Part shown: positions 54,701-63,700 of the stretch, in pieces
How the letters are laid out: every line of letters begins with the position of its first letter
How positions within the stretch are numbered: the first letter of the stretch is position 1
NCBI GenBank assembly: GCA_965240325.2
Contig: OZ251234.1
Span: 248,001 to 312,000, forward strand
Source of the DNA: Rebecca billardiae RCC1528
Lineage: Eukaryota > Protista > Haptophyta
Direction of reading: 5' to 3'
DNA: 64,000 bases
Made by a program: the position numbers and the translations under genes
Notes under the pieces: model-generated
Seen by the model: the letters and a program-made list of their open reading frames with translations, nothing else
Database searches by the model: none
What the model was told of the DNA's origin: nothing

Positions 54701-57700
54701 CACCACCTGCAGCTCGTACGTGTGCAGCGGCGACAGGCTGAACGGCGGCAGCAGCAGCGTCGCCGCGGACGGCGCCGCCGCCTCCGAGGCGCCGCCCAGA
54801 GCTGCCGGCCGCGCGGCGCTGCCGTCCGCGGGCTCGGCGCTGCCGGTGCGCGTGACGCCGAGCAGCGACCAGCTGAAGAGCACGCGCGCGTCCGCGCGCG
54901 CCCAGCAGCCCGCAACCGCCGCCGCCGCGCTGAGCAGCGTCGGCGCCTCGGCGCGCGCCACCCGGAGCGCGGGGCCGTCGACCGCGACCGTCGGCGCGCC
55001 TTGGGCGCCCGCGCGGGACACCGTGTGCGCTGCCGGCTCGGAGAGCGAGCCGAGCATCGCCGAGCGCACGCGGAGCGCAAAGGTGAGCGCACTCGCGCGC
55101 GGCGCGAGCGCGCCCAGCGCGGGCAGCTCGAGCGCCGCGCCGCGCTCTGCGCCCAGCAGCGCGTTCAGAGCCGCCGCCTCGGCCTCGGACACGCCGGCCG
55201 ATCGGCTCCGGTCGAGCGCCCACTCGTAGGCCAGACCCGCCGCGCCGCCGCCGGCCGAGGCGGAGCCGTCGAGCCGGAGCGTGGCGTCGGGGCAGCGCGA
55301 GAGCGTGTCTGGGCCGGAGAGCGCGGCGAGCGGCGTCGGGCACGGCACGCCGACGCCGCACGGCGCGTCCGCGTCGATGGTGGCGGCGCCGGCCGCCGCG
55401 AGCGCGGACGGGTCGCACGGCGGCGCGCAGACCGAGGCCGCCGGGCGCACCGCGCCCGCGCGCAGCGCGAGCGCCGAGCCCGGGCGCACGGCGGTGCCCA
55501 CGCCGAGCTGCACCACCAGCGTCGACGCCGAGGGCCAGTAGCACGCCGGCTGCGCGCCGCTCGTCCGGTTGGGCCCGGCGACGAGCGCGAGCGTGCCGTC
55601 GTCGAGCACGGCCGCGCACGCGCCGAGCGCGCCGCCCATGCCCGCGCGGTTGGTCGGCTGCGCGTCGAAGCGCAGCACGACGGACGTGGCGCTGCCGCCC
55701 AGGTGCGCCGACACGAGCCGCGGCGCGTGCGCGCCGATGAACGCAAACGTCACGCCCGCCGCGCCCGCCTCCGCCCCCTCCGACGGCGCCGGCTCGAACT
55801 GCTGCCCGTTGAGCGACACGCGCACCGCCGCGGGCGCGCCGCCCTCCGCGCCGCCGTAGCTCGAGCGCACGTGCACGAGCGAGTCGGTGGCGTTGGTGGG
55901 CGGCGGCGCGAGCGCGTCGCCAAACGCCACGCGGAGCAGCCCGCCGAGCCCCGCGCCTTGCAGCGCGCCAAAGCCCTCGCCCTCGATCACCGTCGGCTCG
56001 CCCGCGCCGCCCTGCGCGGGGCGGATCGAGAGCAGCCGCGGCGGCGCGTAGAAGCGGAATTGCATGCCGTCGGCGGTGGTCGTGTGCGCCGTGCCGTTGC
56101 CGAGCGAGAGCTCGAGCGCGACAGCGGTCGCGCCGCCGAGCGCAGGCGCTGGCTCGGAGGCGGGCAGCGGCGGCAGCGTGCAGCGCGCGCGCGTGCTGCC
56201 GTCTGCGCCGTCAGGCAGCATGCTCGCGCGCGCCGCGCAGCCGCCGTCGCCGTCGCCACCACCACCCCGCAGCACGCAGCACATCTCGCCCTCGCCGTAC
56301 TCGGCAAAGCCAACGCCCTTGAGCGTGACCACCGTGCCGCCACCCACCGGCCCCGCGGGCGGGTGCAGCGCGGCCACGCGCACCGCGCCCATCTCGTACA
56401 GCGAGATTGCAATCTCGTCGAAGAGCGGCGGCGCGGCGTACGCACCGCCGTCCAGGCTCAGGCCGACCACGTACCGGCCGGCGGGCAGCGCGGACCCGTT
56501 GGCCGCGGCGGAGGGCACCGCGCACGCCGCGGCGTGTGCGCTCAGCACGACGGCGGGCGTGCTCGCCTCCGCGCCCGCGCCGCCCGCGCGCCAGAAGGCA
56601 CACGCCGCGGGCCCGACGCCATCGCCAGCGCCGCCACCGTCCCCGCCGCCGCCCGTCGGGCCGACAAACCCAGCGCCTCGCAGCGTCAGGACGGAGGCCG
56701 AGCCGAGCGGCGCGCCGAGCGGCTCGCTGCCGTGCACGACGGCGCGGATGGCGGGCGGCGGAGGCGCAGCGGGCGGGGGCGAGCTCGGCGGGTGTGGGGG
56801 TGGGAACGGGAGCTCGCGCGGCGGTGGCGGAGGCGAAGGCGGGTTGGACGGAGGAGGCGGCGGCGGCGGCTGGCGTGGCGGCTGGCGCGGCGGCGGCGAC
56901 GGCGGCGGCGGAATTGAGGGCGGTGGGCTCGGCGGCGGCGCGGGCGACGCCCCTGGTGGCGGTGCGGCGGGCTGACGCATTGGCGGCGGCGACGGCGGCG
57001 GGAACGGCGGCGCATGCGGCGAGTGCGGTGGCAGCGGCGGTGGGCTTGGCGGCGGCGACGGTGGCGAGCCCGGAGGCGGCGAGGGCGCCGCCGTCAGCAC
57101 CAGCCCGGCGATGCCGAGCACCGAGCCCACGCTCATCTGCAGCTGCGAGCTCAGCTCGGAGACGGCGGTGTCGGAGCCGAGCACGCCCAGCACGCGCGGG
57201 GCGTCCGCGGCCTCCTCCGCGCCGAACTCGACGGAGAAGTCGAAGACGACGCTGCCCGCCGCGTACCCGCCGATGCGCACGCGCGAGGGGCGCACGCCGC
57301 ACACACTCGCGATCGCGCCCGCCACCGCCACCTCTGTCGCGCCGTTGACCGCGCCCACGTCCACGTCCGCCGTGAGCTGGCCCTGCAGGAGCAGAGGCTG
57401 GGCAGCGGGCGGTGGCGGCGAGGGCGGCGGCGAGGGCGAGGGGGAGGGCGAGGGCGACGGCGACGGCGGTGCGCTCGGCGGTGGGCTCGGAGGCGGCAAT
57501 GGTGGCAAGATCGGTGGTGGTGACGGTGGTGGCAAAGGTGGCGGGCTTGGCGGTGCGCCGATGGGCGGTGGCGATGGCGGCGGGCTTGGAGGCAGTGACG
57601 GCGGCGGGTTCGGCGGTGGGCTTGGAGGCGGGCTCGGCGGTGGGCTTGGTGGCGGCAATGGTGGCAAGCTCGGTGGTGGTGACAGTGGTGGCAAAGGTGG

Positions 57701-60700
57701 CGGGCTCGGCGGTGCGCCGATGGGCGGTGGCGATGGCGGCGGGTTTGGTGGCGGGCTCGGCGGCGGGCTCGGCGGCGGGCTCGGCGGCGGGCTCGGCGGC
57801 GGGCTAGGAGGCAGCAACGTCGGTGGCGGGCTCGGCGGCGGGCTAGGAGGGAGCAACGTCGGTGACGGGCTCGGCGGCGGGCTCGGCGGTGGGCTTGGTG
57901 GCGGCAATGGTGGCAAGCTCGGTGGTGGTGACGGTGGTGGCAAAGGTGGCGGGCTTGGCGGTGCGCCGATGGGCGGCGGCGATGGCGGCGGGTTTGGTGG
58001 CGGGCTCGGTGGCGGGCTCGGCGGCGGGCTCGGCAGCGGGCTCGGCGGTGGGCTTGGAGGCGGGCTCGGCGGTGGGCTTGGTGGCGGCAATGGTGGCAAG
58101 CTCGGTGGTGGTGACGGTGGTGGCAAAGGTGGCGGGCTTGGCGGTGCGCCGATGGGCGGTGGCGATGGCGGCGGGTTTGGTGGCGGGCTCGGCGGCGGGC
58201 TCGGTGGCGGGCTCGGCGGCGGGCTCGGCAGCGGGCTCGGCGGTGGGCTTGGAGGCGGGCTTGGCGGTGGGCTTGGCGGCGGCAATGGTGGCAAGCTCGG
58301 TGGTGGTGACGGTGGTGGCAAAGGTGGCGGGCTTGGCGGTGCGCCGATGGGCGGCGGCGATGGCGGCGGGTTTGGTGGCGGGCTCGGCGGCGGGCTCGGC
58401 GGCGGGCTCGGCAGCGGGCTCGGCGGTGGGCTTGGAGGCGGGCTTGGCGGTGGGCTTGGCGGCGGCAATGGTGGCAAGCTCGGTGGTGGTGACGGTGGTG
58501 GCAAAGGTGGCGGGCTTGGCGGTGCGCCGATGGGCGGTGGCGATGGCGGCGGGCTTGGAGGCAGTGACGGCGGCGGGCTCGGCTGCGGGCTCGGCGGTGG
58601 GCTTGGTGGCGGCAATGGTGGCAAGCTCGGTGGTGGCGACGGTGGTGGCAAAGGTGGCGGGCTTGGCGGTGCACCGATGGGCGGCGGCGATGGCGGCGGG
58701 TTTGGTGGCGGGCTCGGCGGCGGGCTCGGCAGCGGGCTCGGCGGTGGGCTTGGAGGCGGGCTCGGCGGTGGGCTTGGTGGCGGCAATGGTGGCAAGCTCG
58801 GTGGTGGTGACGGTGGTGGCAAAGGTGGCGGGCTTGGCGGTGCGCCGATGGGCGGTGGCGATGGCGGCGGGCTTGGAGGCAGTGACGGCGGCGGGTTCGG
58901 CGGTGGGCTTGGAGGCGGGCTCGGCGGTGGGCTTGGTGGCGGCAATGGTGGCAAGCTCGGTGGTGGTGACGGTGGTGGCAAGGGTGGCGGGTTTGGCGGT
59001 GCGCCGATGGGCGGTGGCGATGGCGGCGGGCTTGGAGGCAGTGACGGCGGCGGGCTCAGCGGCGGGCTCGGCGGCGGGCTCGGCGGCGGGCTCGGCAGCG
59101 GGCTCGGCGGTGGGCTTGGAGGCGGGCTCGGCGGTGGGCTTGGTGGCGGCAATGGTGGCAAGCTCGGTGGTGGTGACGGTGGTGGCAAAGGTGGCGGGCT
59201 TGGCGGTGCGCCGATGGGTGGTGGCGATGGCGGCGGGTTTGGTGGCAGGCTCGGCGGCGGGCTCTGCGGCGGGCTCGGCGGCGGGCTCGGCAGCGGGCTC
59301 GGCGATGGGCTTGGAGGCGGGCTCGGCGGTGGGCTTGGTGGCTGCAATGGTGGCAAGCTCGGTGGTGGTGACGGTGGTGGCAAGGGTGGCGGGCTTGGCG
59401 GTGCGCCGATGGGCGGTGGCGATGGCGGCGGGCTTGGAAGCAGTGATGGCGGCGGGCTCGGCGGCGGGCTAGGAGGCAGCAACGTCGGTGGGCGAGGCGG
59501 GCTCGGCGGCGGAGGGCTCGGCGGTGGGCTTGGACTGGGCGACGGCGGCGGCGATGGTGGTGGGCCCGGCTGTGGCGACGGTGGCGATGGTGGCGGGCGG
59601 GGCGGTGCTGACGGCGGAGGTGGGCTCGGCGTCGGTGATGGAGGCGGGCTCGGTGGCGGGCTCGGCGGTGGGCTTGGCGGCGGAGGGCTCGGCGGTGGGC
59701 TCGGCGGCACGCTCGGTGGCGGCGACGGCGGTTGGCTCGGCGGCGGGCTCGGTATAGGTGACGGCGGCGGCGATGGTGGTGGGCTCGGCGGTGGTGGGCT
59801 CGGCGGCGGCGATGGCGGCGGCGATGGTGGCGGCTTCGGCGGTGGTGATGGCGGTGGTGGGCTCGGCGGCGGCGATGGCGGCGGCGATGGTGGCGGCTTC
59901 GGCGGTAGTGATGGCGGTGGTGGGCTCGGCGGCGGTGATGGAGGTGGGCTCGGTGGCGGGCTCGGTGGTGGGCTCGGCGGCGGAGGGCTCGGCGGTGGGC
60001 TCGGCGACACGCTCGGTGGCGGCGACGGCGGTGGGCTCGGCGGCGGGCTCGGTATAGGTGAAGGCGGTGGGGATGGTGGTGGGCTCGGCGGTGGTGGGCT
60101 CGGCGGCGGCGATGGCGGCAGCGATGGTGGCGGCTTCGGCGGCGGTGACGGCGGCGGCGGGCTCGGCGGCGGTGATGGAGGTGGGCTCGGTGGCGGGCTC
60201 GGTGGTGGGCTTGGCGGCGGAGGGCTCGGCGGTGGGCTCGGCGGCACGCTCGGTGGCGGCGACGGCGGTGGGCTCGGCGGCGGGCTCGGTATAGGTGACG
60301 GCGGCGGCGACGGCGGTGGGCTCGGCGGCGGGCGCGGCCTGGGTGACGGCGGGGGCGATGGTCGTGGGCTCGGCGGTGGTGGGCTCGGCGGGGGCGATGG
60401 TGGCGGCGATGGTGGCGGCTTCGGCGGCGGTGACGGCGGCGGCGGGCTCGGCGGCGGTGATGGAGGTGGGCTCGGTGGCGGTGTTGGTGGTGGGCTTGGC
60501 GGCGGAGGGCTCGGCGGTGGGCTTGGCGGCACGCTCGGTGGCGGCGACGGCGGTGGGCTCGGCGGCGGGCTCGGTATAGGTGACGGCGGCGGCGACGGTG
60601 GTGGGCTCGGCGGCGGGCGCGGCCTGGGTGACGGCGGCGGCGATGGTGGTGGGCTCGGCGGTGGTGGGCTCGGCGGCGGCGATGGCGGCAACGATGGTGG

Positions 60701-63700
60701 CGGCTTCGGCGGCGGTGACGGCGGTGGTGGGCTCAGTGGCGGTGATGGAGGTGGGCTCGGTGGCGGGCTCGGTGGTGGGCTTGGCGGCGGAGGGCTCGGC
60801 GGTGGGCTCGGCGGCACGCTCGGTGGCGGCGACGGCGGTGGGCTCGGCGGCGGGCTCGGTATAGGTGACGGCGGCGGCGATGGTGGTGGGCTCGGCGGTG
60901 GTGGGCTCGGCGGCGGCGATGGCGGCGGCAATGGTGGCGGCTTCGGCGGTGGTGACGGCGGTGGTGGATTCGGCGGCCGTGATGGAGGCGGGCTCGGTGG
61001 CGGGCTCGGTGGTGGGCTCGGTGGCGGAGGGCTCGGCGGTGGGCTCGGCGGCACGCTCGGTGGCAGCGACGGCGGTGGGCTCGGCGGCGGGCTCGGTATA
61101 GGTGACGGCGGCGGCGACGGTGGTGGGCTCGGCGGCGGGCTCGGAACAGGTGACGGCGGCGGCGATGGTGGTGGGCTCGGCGGTGGTGAGCTCGGCGGCG
61201 ACGATGGCGGCGGCGATGGTGGCGGCTTCGGCGGCGGTGACGGCGGCGGCGGGCTCGGCGGCGGTGGTGGAGGTGGGCTCGGTGGAGGGCTCGGCGGTGG
61301 GCTTGGCGGCGGAGGGCTCGGCGGTGGGCTCGGCGGCACGCTCGGTGGCGGCGACGGCGGTGGGCTCGGCGGCGGGCTCGGTATAGGTGACGGCGGCGGC
61401 GATGGTGGTGGGCTCGGCGGTGGTGGGCTCGGCGGCGGCGATGGCGGCGGCGATGGCGGCGGCTTCGGCGGCGGTGACGGCGGCGGCGGGCTCGGCGGCG
61501 GTGATGGAGGTGGGCTCGGTGGCGGGCTCGGTGGTGGGCTTGGCGGCGGAGGGCTCGGCGGTGGGCTCGGCGGCACGCTCGGTGGCGGCGACGGCGGTGG
61601 GCTCGGCGGCGGGCTCGGTATAGGTGACGGCGGCGGCGACGGTGGTGGGCTCGGCGGCGGGCTCGGAACAGGTGACGGCGGCGGCGATGGTGGTGGGCTC
61701 GGCGGTGGTGAGCTCGGCGGCGACGATGGCGGCGGCGATGGTGGCGGCTTCGGCGGCGGTGACGGCGGCGGCGGGCTCGGCGGCGGTGGTGGAGGTGGGC
61801 TCGGTGGAGGGCTCGGCGGTGGGCTCGGTGGCGGAGGGCTCGGCGGTGGGCTCGGTGGCACGCTCGGTGGAGGCGACGGCGGTGGGCTCGGCGGCGGGCT
61901 CGGTATAGGTGACGGCGGTGGCGATGGTGGTGGGCTCGGCGGTGGTGGGCTCGGCGGCGGCGATGGCGGCGGCGATGGTGGCGGCTTCGGCGGTGGTGAT
62001 GGCGGTGGTGGGCTCGGCGGCGGTGATGGAGGTGGGCTCGGTGGCGGGCTCGGTGGTGGGCTCGGCGGCGGAGGGCTCGGCGGTGGGCTCGGCGGCACGC
62101 TCGGTGGCGGCGACGGCGGTGGGCTCGGCGGCGGGCTCGGTATAGGTGACGGCGGCGGCGATGGTGGTGGGCTCGGCGGTGGTGGGCTCGGCGGCGGCGA
62201 TGGCGGCGGCGATGGTGGCGGCTTCGGCGGTGGTGATGGCGGTGGTGGGCTCGGCGGCGGTGGTGGAGGTGGGCTCGGTGGAGGGCTCGGCGGTGGGCTC
62301 GGTGGCGGAGGGCTCGGCGGTGGGCTCGGTGGCACGCTCGGTGGAGGCGACGGCGGTGGGCTCGGCGGCGGGCTCGGTATAGGTGACGGCGGTGGCGATG
62401 GTGGTGGGCTCGGCGGTGGTGGGCTCGGCGGCGGCGATGGCGGCGGCGATGGTGGCGGCTTCGGCGGTGGTGATGGCGGTGGTGGGCTCGGCGGCGGTGA
62501 TGGAGGTGGGCTCGGTGGCGGGCTCGGTGGTGGGCTCGGCGGCGGAGGGCTCGGCGGTGGGCTCGGCGGCACGCTCGGTGGCGGCGACGGCGGTGGGCTC
62601 GGCGGCGGGCTCGGTATAGGTGACGGCGGCGGCGACGGTGGTGGGCTCGGCGGCGGGCTCGGAACAGGTGACGGCGGCGGCGATGGTGGTGGGCTCGGCG
62701 GTGGTGAGCTCGGCGGCGACGATGGCGGCGGCGATGGTGGCGGCTTCGGCGGCGGTGACGGCGGCGGCGGGCTCGGCGGCGGTGGTGGAGGTGGGCTCGG
62801 TGGAGGGCTCGGCGGTGGGCTCGGTGGCGGAGGGCTCGGCGGTGGGCTCGGTGGCACGCTCGGTGGAGGCGACGGCGGTGGGCTCGGCGGCGAGCTCGGT
62901 ATAGGTGACGGCGGTGGCGATGGTGGTGGGCTCGGCGGTGGTGGGCTCGGCGGCGGCGATGGCGGCGGCTTCGGCGGCGGTGACGGCGGCGGCGGGCTCG
63001 GCGGCGGTGGTGGAGGTGGGCTCGGTGGAGGGCTCTGCGGTGGGCTCGGTGGCGGAGGGCTCGGCGGTGGGCTCGGTGGCACGCTCGGTGGAGGCGACGG
63101 CGGTGGGCTCGGCGGCGAGCTCGGTATAGGTGACGGCGGTGGCGATGGTGGTGGGCTCGGCGGTGGTGGGCTCGGCGGCGGCGATGGCGGCGGCTTCGGC
63201 GGCGGTGACGGCGGCGGCGGGCTCGGCGGCGGTGGTGGAGGTGGGCTCGGTGGAGGGCTCGGCGGTGGGCTCGGTGGCGGAGGGCTCGGCGGTGGGCTCG
63301 GTGGCACGCTCGGTGGAGGCGACGGCGGTGGGCTCGGCGGCGGGCTCGGTATAGGTGACGGCGGTGGCGATGGTGGTGGGCTCGGCGGTGGTGGGCTCGG
63401 CGGCGGCGATGGCGGCGGCGATGGTGGCGGCTTCGGCGGTGGTGATGGCGGTGGTGGGCTCGGCGGCGGTGATGGAGGTGGGCTCGGTGGCGGGCTCGGT
63501 GGAGGGCTCGGCGGCGGAGGGCTCGGCGGTGGGCTCGGCGGCACGCTCGGTGGCGGCGACGGCGGTGGGCTCGGCGGCGGGCTCGGTATAGGTGACGGCG
63601 GCGGCGATGGTGGTGGGCTCGGCGGTGGTGGGCTCGGCGGCGGCGATGGCGGCGGCGATGGCGGCGGCTTCGGCGGCGGTGACGGCGGCGGCGGGCTCGG

